The translations under genes and the position numbers were made by a program. Shown one piece after another: positions 47,329 to 57,396 of a DNA stretch of 64,000 nucleotides; the stretch's first letter is position 1; each line of letters opens with the position of its first letter. The stretch spans positions 69,216 to 133,215 of the forward strand of contig PLCN01000024.1 of NCBI GenBank assembly GCA_003134785.1. Direction: 5' to 3'. The notes beneath the pieces were generated by a model, which saw only the letters and a program-made list of their open reading frames with translations, did not search any database and was not told the DNA's origin. The stretch is from Spartobacteria bacterium. GTDB taxonomy: Bacteria > Verrucomicrobiota > Verrucomicrobiia > Chthoniobacterales > UBA10450.

Positions 47329-48273
47329 TCAGTGATTCGATGTTTCCAGGCGCAGCTCGAGGCTGAACTGGGCGCTGAGTTTTTGGCCCGGAGGAATTTC
47401 CTGAATGCCTTCCTTGTTTTCGAACGCGCGCTGCTCGTGATGATCGGTCAAACCCCAGCATGGTTCGACACATAGAAACGGACCGCCATCTGACCACAAC
47501 GTTAGGTAGGGAACGCCGGTCAAATCGATCACAACGGTTCTTCCGGACGGCGGGTCCGTATAAGCGAAGACGCGATCCGGAACATCCACCAGTTCGAGAA
47601 TGTAAGAGCCTTGGAGTTTCTCCCTGGCGAAAGGCATCTCACCGCCTTCGAACCGAATGTCCTCCGTTTCGCCGCTCAGATAATTTTCAGGAGAGAAATG
47701 GCGGCGGTAAAGGCCTGCCGGCATCTGAAAACGGAACGAGTCGAACGAAGTCGAGGCAAAGCCGGGGTGCAAACCGAACCCGACATGCGCGGTTAGCTCC
47801 GGCTCGTCGTTCCTGAATTTGAACGAGACCGAAATGCGCGGGCCTTCGATTCGATAGGTCAAATCGAGGGATACCTTGAGCGGATATTCGGTTGGCGAAA
47901 AATCTTTTGGCGTGATGCGATAGGTCAGTTCGTTCTCCCGATCCGACTCGACCCGATGCCAGATCTTTCCTCGCAGAAAACTGTGCGTTCCTCCACGAAT
48001 CTCCTGACCGCGGTAGAGCGTGCGCTCGTTCTTGATGCGGTGCAGATAGTAACCCATCACGGTCGCATGATTCGCCCAGCCTTTCGCGGGCGGGCCGATC
48101 TCGTTATCGCGATTCAGGAACCCGATCCATTCGCCGGCGTTGTTTCGCCGCGCCACGCTGATCAATTCCGCGCCGAGCCGCGAAACGATGAGACGAAGTC
48201 CGTTCTCTTCGTCCGTCAGAATATCGAAGAGCCGGTCGCCCCGCTTATCTTCGCGATGCGCGAACAACTTCAT
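47329..48273 (-). CDS. Aldose 1-epimerase (galactose mutarotase-like) family protein
   Basis: GLRLIVSRLGAELISV..GFLNRDNE..HSFLRG..GFGLHPGF are pattern-level matches to the family. Confidence 0.75.
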   Translation of the reverse strand: MKLFAHREDKRGDRLFDILTDEENGLRLIVSRLGAELISVARRNNAGEWIGFLNRDNEIGPPAKGWANHATVMGYYLHRIKNERTLYRGQEIRGGTHSFLRGKIWHRVESDRENELTYRITPKDFSPTEYPLKVSLDLTYRIEGPRISVSFKFRNDEPELTAHVGFGLHPGFASTSFDSFRFQMPAGLYRRHFSPENYLSGETEDIRFEGGEMPFAREKLQGSYILELVDVPDRVFAYTDPPSGRTVVIDLTGVPYLTLWSDGGPFLCVEPCWGLTDHHEQRAFENKEGIQEIPPGQKLSAQFSLELRLETSNH

Positions 48274-48309
48274 AACTGAGGATCGGCGGTCATAGACCGC
48301 CGCTACAGG

Positions 48310-49572
48310 TCATGGGAACAAGCCGCGGGCGTGCTTCGCTTTCATGACACGCTCGACACCGATGGCCATGGCGGAGGTCCGGTGCGAAATCTTGTGCGCT
48401 TTGGCGCGCCGAATGACTTGCGTGAATGAAGATTCGAGAATGCGGAAAAGTTTGTCGGTTACTTCCGTCTCGGTCCACATGAACGCCTGCAAACCCTGAA
48501 CCCATTCGAAATAAGACACGATCACGCCGCCGGCATTGCACAGAATGTCGGGAATGACGAATAGCTCGTCCCAACGCTCGTTCAGAATGAGATCGGCCTC
48601 GGGCGTGGTCGGACCGTTCGCGCCTTCGGCCAGGATGCGGCATTTCAATTTTGCGGCATTGCCGGCGTTAATGACACGATCGACCGCGGAGGGCACGAGC
48701 ACGTCGCACGGCATGGTAAGCATTTCGTTCGGATCGATCCGATCGGCTTCGTCGAAAGCGCGCAGGTTCCCCTTCTTGATGACATGCTGCTCTGCTTTCG
48801 CGACGTCGATTCCGTTTGGGTTATAAAGCGCCACCGTCGCGTCGCTGATGCCGACGACTTTCACGCCGGTCTTGAGTGCGAGCGACAGAGCCGCGACGGA
48901 ACCGACGTTGCCGAATCCCTGCACGATCGCCGTGCATTTCTCCGGATCCATTTTCAACATGTCCATCGCACGCTCGACCAGATAAACGACGCCGCGTCCA
49001 GTCGCTTCGCGGCGGCCTTCGGTGCCACCGATCGAGACCGGTTTGCCGGTGACGATTTCGTTCACGCAATAACCCTGGTAAACCGAGTAGGTGTCCATGA
49101 ACCACGCCATGACCTGCTCGTTTGTTCCCATGTCGGGGCCCATGATGTCGGTGTGCGGGCCGACGAACGGAATCATTTCCTGCATGTAACGGCGCGAGAC
49201 GGCTTCGAGTTCGTTGCGCGAAAGCTTGGTGGGATCGCATGCGACGCCGCCTTTGGCGCCGCCGTACGGCAAGTTCGCCAGCGCGCATTTCCAGCTCATC
49301 CACATGGCGAGCGCGGCGGTTTCGCCCATCGAGAGAAAAGGCGCGAAACGCGTGCCGCCTTTGGTCGGACCGAGCGTCAAGTGATGTTGAACGCGATAGC
49401 CTTGGAAAGTTTGCGTGCTGCCGTCATCCATGTGCACCGGCAGCGTGACCGCCATGGCGCGCTTCGGGAGCATCAGCCGATCGCGATCATTTGGATTGAT
49501 CTGGAGATAATCGGCGATGACCTCGAACTGGTCGCAGGCCATCGTGAAGACTTCGTCATTGTAAATGCTCAT
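48310..49572 (-). CDS. gdhA: Glutamate dehydrogenase (Glu/Leu/Phe/Val dehydrogenase family)
   Basis: GPTKGGTRF, LPYGGAKGGV, VQGFGNVGS Rossmann motif, 420 aa. Confidence 0.92.
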   Translation of the reverse strand: MSIYNDEVFTMACDQFEVIADYLQINPNDRDRLMLPKRAMAVTLPVHMDDGSTQTFQGYRVQHHLTLGPTKGGTRFAPFLSMGETAALAMWMSWKCALANLPYGGAKGGVACDPTKLSRNELEAVSRRYMQEMIPFVGPHTDIMGPDMGTNEQVMAWFMDTYSVYQGYCVNEIVTGKPVSIGGTEGRREATGRGVVYLVERAMDMLKMDPEKCTAIVQGFGNVGSVAALSLALKTGVKVVGISDATVALYNPNGIDVAKAEQHVIKKGNLRAFDEADRIDPNEMLTMPCDVLVPSAVDRVINAGNAAKLKCRILAEGANGPTTPEADLILNERWDELFVIPDILCNAGGVIVSYFEWVQGLQAFMWTETEVTDKLFRILESSFTQVIRRAKAHKISHRTSAMAIGVERVMKAKHARGLFP

Positions 49573-49777
49573 AGAGAGAGGCCGGAAAGGTAGAATGCCC
49601 CGGCGTGAAATTCAGGTGCTATTTGCGCCGGAGGAGCGGGGGTCGTCAAATCGAATCGAATGACAGGTGGCGACGGCGCGCTGCGTCGTTCGACTGTTTT
49701 GCATTGCGCCGTTTCGCGGCGAAATTCGTCGGACGCCTCGGAGATGCGTCTCTACCTTGGTGAAAAGTAAACGCAAA

Positions 49778-50893
49778 ATGCGGATCGAGACTTTGGCGGT
49801 GCATGCCGGGCACGCCATCGACGCGGCGACGGGTGCGGTCGCAACGCCGATCCATTTGTCCACCACGTTCGAACGGGATGCGGAAGGTGGGTATCCGCAC
49901 GGATATGTCTATGGCCGCAGCGCGAATCCCACGCGCCATGCGCTCGAAGAAGGGCTCGCGGCGTTGGAAGGCGGTGAAGATGCGGCTGCGTTTGGTTCGG
50001 GGTTGGCGGCCTCGAGCGCGGTCCTGCAAGCGCTCGCGCCCGGCGATCATGTGATCGCGCCGACCGATGTTTATCATGGGATGACGAAGTTGTTGCGCGA
50101 GGTCTTCGTGCGATGGGGCCTCGACGTGAGCTTCGTCGATATGACGAAGCTCGATGAGATCAAGCAGGCGGTTCAGCCGCGAACGAAACTGTTTTGGGTG
50201 GAGACGCCGTCGAATCCGTTGCTGAAAATTACCGACATCGTGCGTGTGGCGGAGGTCGCTCACGCTGCCGGCGCCGTCTGCGTTTGCGATAACACGTGGG
50301 CGCCGATCGTGCAGCGGCCGTTTGATCTCGGAGCCGATCTCGTGGTTCACGCGACTACGAAATATTTCGGCGGCCACTCCGATGTGACCGGCGGCGTGGT
50401 GATCGCGAGAACCAAGACGGATTTTTTTGAACGAGTACGCGAAATACAAACGACCGGTGGCGCGGTCCCCTCGCCTTTCGATTGCTGGCTGATCTTGCGC
50501 GGGATGCGCTCCCTTCCGTGGCGGATTCGCGCACATTCAGAGAACGCGTTTAAGGTGGCGACCTGGCTCGCCGATCACCAGCGCGTGGAAGCGGTGCATT
50601 ATCCGGGACTGGATTCGCATGCCGGCCACGAGATCGCGGCGCGGCAGATGAGCGCTTTCAGCGGGATGCTCTCATTTGAGGTCCGCGGCGGCCGCGAAGC
50701 CGCTCTTTCCGTGGCGGCGAAGACGGAGATTTTTATTCGCGCTACCAGCCTTGGCGGGGTGGAAAGTTTGATCGAACATCGCGCCTCGATCAAAGGCGAA
50801 GACCCGCGCACGCCGCAGGGATTGCTCCGGCTTTCCATCGGACTCGAGCATCCGGATGATTTGATCGAGGATCTGGCGGAGGCGCTGGAGTAG
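49778..50893 (+). CDS. Cys/Met-metabolism PLP enzyme (cystathionine gamma-synthase/lyase family)
   Basis: MRIETLAVHAGH.., with the PLP lysine in HATTKYFGGHSDVTGGVV. I place the start at the ATG at 49778. Confidence 0.88.
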   Translation: MRIETLAVHAGHAIDAATGAVATPIHLSTTFERDAEGGYPHGYVYGRSANPTRHALEEGLAALEGGEDAAAFGSGLAASSAVLQALAPGDHVIAPTDVYHGMTKLLREVFVRWGLDVSFVDMTKLDEIKQAVQPRTKLFWVETPSNPLLKITDIVRVAEVAHAAGAVCVCDNTWAPIVQRPFDLGADLVVHATTKYFGGHSDVTGGVVIARTKTDFFERVREIQTTGGAVPSPFDCWLILRGMRSLPWRIRAHSENAFKVATWLADHQRVEAVHYPGLDSHAGHEIAARQMSAFSGMLSFEVRGGREAALSVAAKTEIFIRATSLGGVESLIEHRASIKGEDPRTPQGLLRLSIGLEHPDDLIEDLAEALE

Positions 50894-50939
50894 TAGCGCG
50901 CGCGTCTCGCAGCTGGTTTCGAAGAGTTCGAACCTCCAA

Positions 50940-52562
50940 TCAAGAACGGATTCGGGCGAACCTGGTGCGGACGAGCAGTACCACGTCGCGCAATTCCGCG
51001 ACGTGCAGCAGATAAGCGGCGCCGAAGAATGCAGCGCTTCCGACGAAGATCGTGAGTATGAGAGCGAGTAATTCCCGCCACGCGCTTGTTTCAGCCGTGG
51101 AAAAGAAAAGGAAATGCTGCGCCAGGAAGCAGATCGAGGCCAAGACAGCGCCGGCCACTAGCAGCTTGGCCAGCGTTTTGATCATCGCGCCGGTTTCGAG
51201 CCGGCCGGTGTAACCGCGCATCATCCCGTAGAGGAAGAGAAAGTTGGTGATCGCCACCAAACTCGTGGAGAGGGCGAGACCGCGATGCCCCCATCCCAAA
51301 TGAAAGGTGAAATACCAATTCAGACCAAAGTTCACCCCGATCGACGCGAGGCTGACCAACATCGGCAAGTTCCGTTTGTCGATGGCGTAAAACGCGGGCG
51401 CGAGAACCTTGACCGCGGAATAACCAACCAGCCCGATCGCATAGAAACGAAGCGCTTCAGCGGTGTGCAGCGTAGCGTCCGCCGTGAAACGGCCATGCTG
51501 ATAGATCAAGCCGATGATCGGCTGCGCCAGAATGATGAGGCCGATAGCTGAGGGAATGGTGAGCAGCATGACGAGGCGGATCGAGTGCGCGAGCGCGCCG
51601 CGAAACTCCGCTTTGTTTCCGAGCGCGGCACTGCGCGAGACCAGCGGAAGCGTAACGGTCGCAATCGCAACGCCAAAAATTCCGAGCGGCAATTGCATTA
51701 GACGGAACGCGATATTCAGCCAGGTCATCGGTCCGTCGCCGAGCGAAGAGGCGAATCCGCTGTTCACCATCACATTTACCTGGACCGCGCTCGCCGCGAT
51801 AGTGGCCGGACCCATCAAAACCAGGATTGTGCGGACACCGGGATCGCGCCAATTGAAGTCCGGCCGGAAGTGAAACCCGACGCGGCCTAACGAAGGCAAC
51901 TGGACAAGGAGTTGGAGCAGGCCGCCGATGAGTGTGGCGATGGCCAGGCCCATGAGCCCGCGCGCGCCGAAATGCGGGTGACGCCAATCAGCTTGCGGCT
52001 CGAGCCAGTAACAGAGCGCGACGCCGCCGATGATCGAGCCGAGATTGAAAAAGCTCGAGGCCATCGCCGGGACACCGAAGACGTCCTTCGCATTCAGCAT
52101 TCCCATGACGAGCGCGGCGAGCGAGACGAGCAGAATGAAAGGGAACATGATCCGGGTGAGCTGGATCGTGAGTGCTGCTTTTTCGAGCGGGAAACCCGGT
52201 GCCAGGATGTGAATGAGGACCGGTGCGCCGATGATCCCAAGCACGGTGAGCGCGCTCATGAAAACCAGCGTGAGCGTCGCGACCTTGCTGGCGAGACGCC
52301 AGGCAGAATCGTCGCCGTCGGTGGCGATGCGGCGGGAGAAGGTCGTAACGAAAGCGGTCGAAAGCGCGCCTTCGGCGAAGAGATCGCGCAACATATTCGG
52401 TGCGCGGAATGCGGTGAGAAATGCATCCATGTTGCGCGAAGCGCCGAAGAGCGATGCGAAGACGACCTCGCGAAGCAAACCGAGAACGCGGGAGCACAAG
52501 ATGGCGATGCCGACAACGCCGGTCGCGCGCGTGCTTACGCGTTTGTTTTCAGGCGACGCCAT
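50940..52562 (-). CDS. murJ: Lipid II flippase MurJ/MviN
   Basis: SRVLGLLREVVFASLFGASRNMDAFLTAFRAPNMLRDLFAEGALSTAFV is the MurJ N-terminal signature. I place the start at MASPENK (52562). Confidence 0.9.
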   Translation of the reverse strand: MASPENKRVSTRATGVVGIAILCSRVLGLLREVVFASLFGASRNMDAFLTAFRAPNMLRDLFAEGALSTAFVTTFSRRIATDGDDSAWRLASKVATLTLVFMSALTVLGIIGAPVLIHILAPGFPLEKAALTIQLTRIMFPFILLVSLAALVMGMLNAKDVFGVPAMASSFFNLGSIIGGVALCYWLEPQADWRHPHFGARGLMGLAIATLIGGLLQLLVQLPSLGRVGFHFRPDFNWRDPGVRTILVLMGPATIAASAVQVNVMVNSGFASSLGDGPMTWLNIAFRLMQLPLGIFGVAIATVTLPLVSRSAALGNKAEFRGALAHSIRLVMLLTIPSAIGLIILAQPIIGLIYQHGRFTADATLHTAEALRFYAIGLVGYSAVKVLAPAFYAIDKRNLPMLVSLASIGVNFGLNWYFTFHLGWGHRGLALSTSLVAITNFLFLYGMMRGYTGRLETGAMIKTLAKLLVAGAVLASICFLAQHFLFFSTAETSAWRELLALILTIFVGSAAFFGAAYLLHVAELRDVVLLVRTRFARIRS

Positions 52563-52686
52563 GCGCAAGACAGAACAACTGCGAGTGGCCTTCCGAAAGC
52601 AAAATCTCTGGAATGTAGAGGCACTTGGGCGAAGCGCCTGTCGTTTTGGTTTAGGCGCTTGGCACAAGCGCCTCTACATTTCGCAA

Positions 52687-55590
52687 TCAGGAATCGGACG
52701 GCTTCTTCTCTTTCGGCACGAGGAAGCGCTGATAAACGAATGACGCCACGATCAGAATAATGGCGACGCCGATGAACGCTCCAATTCGATAGAGCTGACC
52801 AAGATTCCCTAAATCATGGAGCAGGAGCTTGACGAGCGTGACGGCCAGAAGCGCGATTCCAGCGTACCGCACCCAGCGGGTTTTCTGTCGCATGCCGATG
52901 AGGAGCAGCGCGAAAGCGAAGAGCGCCCACGCGATCGAGTAAGTCATGTCGCGCGCGAAGTTGCCGGAAAAAGAGAAAGTCAGGGTCGGCCCGATGGAAA
53001 AATAATCCGCGATCTCGATGTTCAGGAGGAAAAAGCTGAGGATCGCGCCTAACGAGTAGAGAAGCGTCGGGGTCACCCGCTCGAACGAGGTTTCTCGGGG
53101 GGCGCGAAAGAGCCAGGCGCCGCCGAACAGGCAGAGAATCGGAATGCCGTAGCCGTAAAGATACCAATTCCAGATCGGAGTCGCGGTCCGTTGGTGATAT
53201 TCCAGCACCGCCGGATTCAAGGCGAGTCGAATGAAAGCAAGGCAGAGCAGACCGGCGCCGACGTAACGCAAGCCGCGATGCGGCACGATGCGGAACAACC
53301 AGAGAAGCGCGAATCCTTCAAGCGCCCAACCGACCGTGATCCATTCGCGGTCGAATTGGATCGGGAAAATGAGACTGACGAAAAAGAGGGCGACTCCACC
53401 CTGCCAGGCGAGCCGCGCATCGCCGGAGGCCGGTTCCACCTTTTTTTTCCTAACCAGGAAAGCTGTGCCGATTGCATACGGCAAGGCAAAGGCCGCCGGG
53501 ACAAATCCGTTGTGCAGGTCCGGAAATGTCGTGCGGATGATGTCGAAGATCAGGGAAAAATGCAGCGGCCCGGAAAGTGCACCAATGGCCCAAGGCAAAG
53601 ACTTGCCCTCTTCGGCTGAGAAAAAAGGATAGCCGAGAAAGATCAGGAAAAACGCAACCTGCCAGCCGAGGGCCAGCGCGCCGAAGCCACTGGTGAAATG
53701 CAAGCCCTGCCATTCGCTCTCGACGGCCCAGGTAAAAGCAAGCGCGATGAGAGCGATCCAACTCGTGCGCGACAAAACCCCGAGGGCGAGCAAGAGCACC
53801 GCGAGAAAAAATGCGGTGATGAAAAACGGCGTTGGGTTCACGATGGGCAGCTTCGCGATCGCCATGAGCAGGAGCAGGAATGGCATCGAAGCCGCGAGCG
53901 CGGGGACATTGCGCCGGGCATTCGCCGAATCGGGAAAAAGCTTTCGAGCGGCGAAGAGTGCCGCGGAGAAGAAGAAGGTCCCGGAACCTGCGGCGACGAT
54001 CAAGAATCCTCGAATATCCATTTCTGCCGGCGCGGCCAGAAGCCATAGAACAGCCGCGACGATGGTTACGACCAAGGCGATCGCGATTGCTGAAAGGGAG
54101 CGTCGCACGAACGCCACTCCCACCGCGATGAGATCAAGAACGAGGACGCAGGCCCAGACCGCCGACGAAGTCTGATTTTTCCAGACGCACAAGCAAATCA
54201 GCGCGAGCGGCAGCAACGGCAGATAACTTTGCCACGCAACGTCAGCCGGTTTTGAAACCGGCGCGTCTGATTTCGGATAGAACGCAAGGCCCGCGTGCAT
54301 GATCCCGAAGACGACGTAACCGCCGAGTCCCCACCAGAGCAGCGCATCGTTCAGATAATTTCCCGTCCAGGACGCGAGGAAGACAAAAAGGGTGAGGCCG
54401 CTGATTGGCGCGAGCGGAGTCGCTTTCGAAAACAGGATAGGGATGAGGAGCAATCCGGCCTCGGCGGCGAAGGCGAACGTGAAAAGGAAACCGGGCCTGT
54501 GCCCAAGTTCCCGATAAGTTAGAAGACAAAACGCCCACGCAAGCGCGGTGAAACCCATGGTGACCGCAGCTCGCAGCGTCCAGTTTTCCGCCGGAACGGT
54601 GCGGCGTTGGAAAGCAAAGAAAGCGAGGAATTGCGCTTCGAAGCCAAGAAAGATCGCGAGCGAAGTATTTGCCTTTGTGTAATCGAAGAACCGGGCGGCC
54701 CAACCGAACTCGATCAGCGCAGCGCCGGCCGCGGCGAGCATGACCAGATAATCCCAGCGCTTGCGCAACGCGACTGCCGCGATGCCGACGTTCAGGACTG
54801 CGATGTAACCGAAGAGCGCGGTGGGATTATCGACACCGGTGGACAACAGAACCGGCGTGAGAAATCCGCCGAGCAAACCAAGGATTACGATCACCTGCGC
54901 GTTCATGCGGACCGCCAGGTAGAAGGCCGCGCCCGTTACGACCGCCATGGCAACGAAGGCGGGAACCAGTTCGATGAGATGGTAGAAAACGTGTGCCGCG
55001 AAAATGTTTCCGTAGAGAACGAGCGCGCCGGTCGCGCAGAGACTTTGTCCCGAAACGCGATAGCGTCGCGTCGCCGTGAGCCATCCGATGACGATGAGCA
55101 CGAGGCCCAGGATGGTGCCAATCGCGACGCGCATGGGCGGCGTGATGAGATTGTTCTCGAAGGAGTACTTCACCAGAAACACGATCCCGAGGAAAAGGAT
55201 GAAGCCGCCGATCCACGCGAAAAGTTTCACGCCCAGGATCGTTTCCCAATCGATCGGCTTGGAGACTCGCGGGGCGCGAGGTGCGGGCGCAGGTTTCAGA
55301 GGCGGCAGCGGCGGCGGGGCGCTGGCTGGCATTCTCGGCAACGCAGGCTCGGGAACGAGCGGTTGCGTCGGCAACGGCGGAGGGACTGCGCGCGGCGGAG
55401 TGGGGCTCGGCGCTTTCTGAACGGCTGGCGCAGGTTGGGCAACTGCACCGTCGCGCGATTCGAGCAAACCGATCCGACGGGTCAGCTCGCGCACGGCCTT
55501 TCTGAGTTTTTGGATCTCCACCACGCCGACCACGATCAAAATGACCGGGATCGACAAAACAAAGAGGCCGAGACAAACGTTGGAATCCAT
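52687..55590 (-). CDS. DUF2339-like giant polytopic membrane protein
   Basis: N-terminal TM, then the amphipathic LRKAVRELTRRIGLLESR, a Pro-rich stretch, and more than 20 TM segments. Confidence 0.8.
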   Translation of the reverse strand: MDSNVCLGLFVLSIPVILIVVGVVEIQKLRKAVRELTRRIGLLESRDGAVAQPAPAVQKAPSPTPPRAVPPPLPTQPLVPEPALPRMPASAPPPLPPLKPAPAPRAPRVSKPIDWETILGVKLFAWIGGFILFLGIVFLVKYSFENNLITPPMRVAIGTILGLVLIVIGWLTATRRYRVSGQSLCATGALVLYGNIFAAHVFYHLIELVPAFVAMAVVTGAAFYLAVRMNAQVIVILGLLGGFLTPVLLSTGVDNPTALFGYIAVLNVGIAAVALRKRWDYLVMLAAAGAALIEFGWAARFFDYTKANTSLAIFLGFEAQFLAFFAFQRRTVPAENWTLRAAVTMGFTALAWAFCLLTYRELGHRPGFLFTFAFAAEAGLLLIPILFSKATPLAPISGLTLFVFLASWTGNYLNDALLWWGLGGYVVFGIMHAGLAFYPKSDAPVSKPADVAWQSYLPLLPLALICLCVWKNQTSSAVWACVLVLDLIAVGVAFVRRSLSAIAIALVVTIVAAVLWLLAAPAEMDIRGFLIVAAGSGTFFFSAALFAARKLFPDSANARRNVPALAASMPFLLLLMAIAKLPIVNPTPFFITAFFLAVLLLALGVLSRTSWIALIALAFTWAVESEWQGLHFTSGFGALALGWQVAFFLIFLGYPFFSAEEGKSLPWAIGALSGPLHFSLIFDIIRTTFPDLHNGFVPAAFALPYAIGTAFLVRKKKVEPASGDARLAWQGGVALFFVSLIFPIQFDREWITVGWALEGFALLWLFRIVPHRGLRYVGAGLLCLAFIRLALNPAVLEYHQRTATPIWNWYLYGYGIPILCLFGGAWLFRAPRETSFERVTPTLLYSLGAILSFFLLNIEIADYFSIGPTLTFSFSGNFARDMTYSIAWALFAFALLLIGMRQKTRWVRYAGIALLAVTLVKLLLHDLGNLGQLYRIGAFIGVAIILIVASFVYQRFLVPKEKKPSDS

Positions 55591-55730
55591 TTAAGAGCGT
55601 TCCTTTCGCGAAAACATGGATGCAAACCAAGGAGGGGCGCTTTCCAAACCGCCCATCGTCGTCATTCGTGGCGCAGTCGGCGGTTTGTAAACCGCCGCTC
55701 CTTGTGAAAGCAATCCGATGAAACGTGAAT

Positions 55731-56504
55731 TCATAATCCGGTGGGGAAATCCAAGAATTCCCAAGGTAAATCGAATCGATCGGACAAGTGAGCGGCTAAA
55801 GCTTTCACCCCAAAGGTCTCAGTCGCGTAATGTCCGCCCAGCAGCAGGTTGATTCCGAGTTCTTCGGCCGCGACCGCCGCCCAATGGGGCGCCTCGCCGG
55901 TGATGAAGGTGTCGACGCCTTCAGCTGCGACTGCGTAGATTTCGGAGCCCGCGCCACCCGTGATCAGAGCGACGGTTTGCGTTTGCTCAGGTCCGGCCGC
56001 AAACATTTTCACCGGGCCGCCTAACGAGTGTTCGAGCTTGCTCGCCAGTTCTACGCGCGAAACCTGGGCCTGCATCTTGAGCCCGACACATTGCCCCTTT
56101 TGCTCGAAAAACGGTTCGGTGTTTTCAAAACCCAGTGCTTTCGCGAGCTGCGCGTTGTTGCCCAGGACCGAATGAATATCGAGAGGCAGATGGGAGCTGT
56201 ACAGCGCAAGATCATGCTTAAGAGCGCGTTCGAGCATTCGCCGCCGGCCGCCGGTAATCGGTTGCAAACCCGGCCAGAACAAACCGTGGTGCACGATGAG
56301 GAAATTTGTCCCGTGCTCGATCGCTGCGTCGATTGCGCGCGCGGATGCATCAACCGCGGCGCCAATCCTGGTCACTGCGCCGGAATTTTCGATCTGCAAG
56401 CCATTGAGCGCATTGGGCCAATCTTCAATCTCCGCGACGCGAAGGAGATCGCGGCAATAATCCACCAGCTGCGGAATGGTCGCCATCGCGTCACTTCTAC
56501 TCAA
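55731..56504 (-). CDS. Nif3-family dinuclear metal-centre protein (YbgI-like)
   Basis: NGLQIENSGAVTRIGAAVDAS..FLIVHHGLFW..GGHYATE. Confidence 0.88.
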   Translation of the reverse strand: MSRSDAMATIPQLVDYCRDLLRVAEIEDWPNALNGLQIENSGAVTRIGAAVDASARAIDAAIEHGTNFLIVHHGLFWPGLQPITGGRRRMLERALKHDLALYSSHLPLDIHSVLGNNAQLAKALGFENTEPFFEQKGQCVGLKMQAQVSRVELASKLEHSLGGPVKMFAAGPEQTQTVALITGGAGSEIYAVAAEGVDTFITGEAPHWAAVAAEELGINLLLGGHYATETFGVKALAAHLSDRFDLPWEFLDFPTGL

Positions 56505-56561
56505 CGCGCGACGGATTGAACAGCGGCTTGTGACCGCGGCCGTGCCAATTCCTTCCGCAAT

Positions 56562-56653
56562 GGTAGGGACGGCGCGCTGCGCCGTCCGAAACGTGTTCTC
56601 GCCCCGGATCTATCAGCGACGGAGCGCGGACGCCGCAGCGCGGCGTCCCTACC
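56562..56653. repeat. GGTAGGGAC-armed inverted-repeat element
   Basis: GGTAGGGACGGCGCGCTGCGCCGTCC ... GGACGCCGCAGCGCGGCGTCCCTACC. Each arm is itself a hairpin. Confidence 0.65.
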
Positions 56654-57020
56654 CGCGAATTGTTCATTCGACGCTAAGATTGAATCAAGCTTTGGGCGGA
56701 AACGACCGCGCGTCATCCTCTTCGAGAACATCCAGCACCAGACGATCAGCGGGAAGGTTCTTGCCGCAAAAGACCTGAAACTCCACGCGAAGATCAGCGA
56801 ACAGGTGGGCCGTGGCCAGGGCCGAGCGGCGTCGTGATCTTCATCTCCACGAAGTATGGGCCCAACGATTTCGCGTTGGCATCCCTCGGTCAAATGCGCC
56901 AGTCTTCTTGACGAATGGCCTTGCCCTTGGAACGATGGCAAAGGCTGGCTAAAAAAGCGGAGGATCACTTTGGAATATACTGACGCGCCTACGATAGAAC
57001 CCGAAATCTCTGCCGACACC

Positions 57021-57377
57021 ATGAACTGTCCGCTCTGCGGACACGTGCTGCCGAAGGATGCGCAAAGCTGCGATCGCTGCGATTGGGTGCGCGCGCCCGA
57101 TACCGACACCGCGGAAGGAAAAGCGAGCGATCTGGTGGCGGTGATGTTGAGTGTGGTTCCCGGGTTGGGACATGTCTACAAGGGTTACAGATTGCTCGGG
57201 CTGCTTTTCGTTATCGGTGCGTTCGGCGCGATCCTTCTCGGGCTGCTGGCTGCGACAGCCACCGCCGGATTCGGACTCGCGCTGATTCCGATCTATTGGT
57301 TTGCGGTCATGTTCCATGTTTATGGCGTCGAAGACCGCATCGCGCCGACGGCAAAAGACGAGGGCGAGGAGTATTGA
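57021..57377 (+). CDS. Zinc-ribbon membrane protein
   Basis: MNCPLCGHVLPKDAQSCDRCDW followed by two TM segments (LVAVMLSVVPGLGHVY.., LIPIYWFAVMFHVYG). Confidence 0.65.
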   Translation: MNCPLCGHVLPKDAQSCDRCDWVRAPDTDTAEGKASDLVAVMLSVVPGLGHVYKGYRLLGLLFVIGAFGAILLGLLAATATAGFGLALIPIYWFAVMFHVYGVEDRIAPTAKDEGEEY

Positions 57378-57396
57378 GCGTCGAAGGGTTGAAGCG

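Noticed and set aside
49573-49777. Possible SAM or other riboswitch in the 205-nt leader of the Cys/Met PLP enzyme gene
   Set aside because: I could not find SAM-I, SAM-II or SAM/SAH core motifs by eye. Only generic GC hairpins are present. An Rfam/Infernal scan would be needed before making any claim.
56690-56880. Minus-strand peptide-like fragment ..HLFADLRVEFQVFCGKNLPADRLVLDVLEEDDARSFPPKA with a nearby MKITTPL start in another frame (possible frameshifted small ThiS/MoaD-like gene)
   Set aside because: There is no continuous ORF with a start codon. The fragment is under 55 aa with no diagnostic motif such as a C-terminal GG. It cannot be supported without homology searches.
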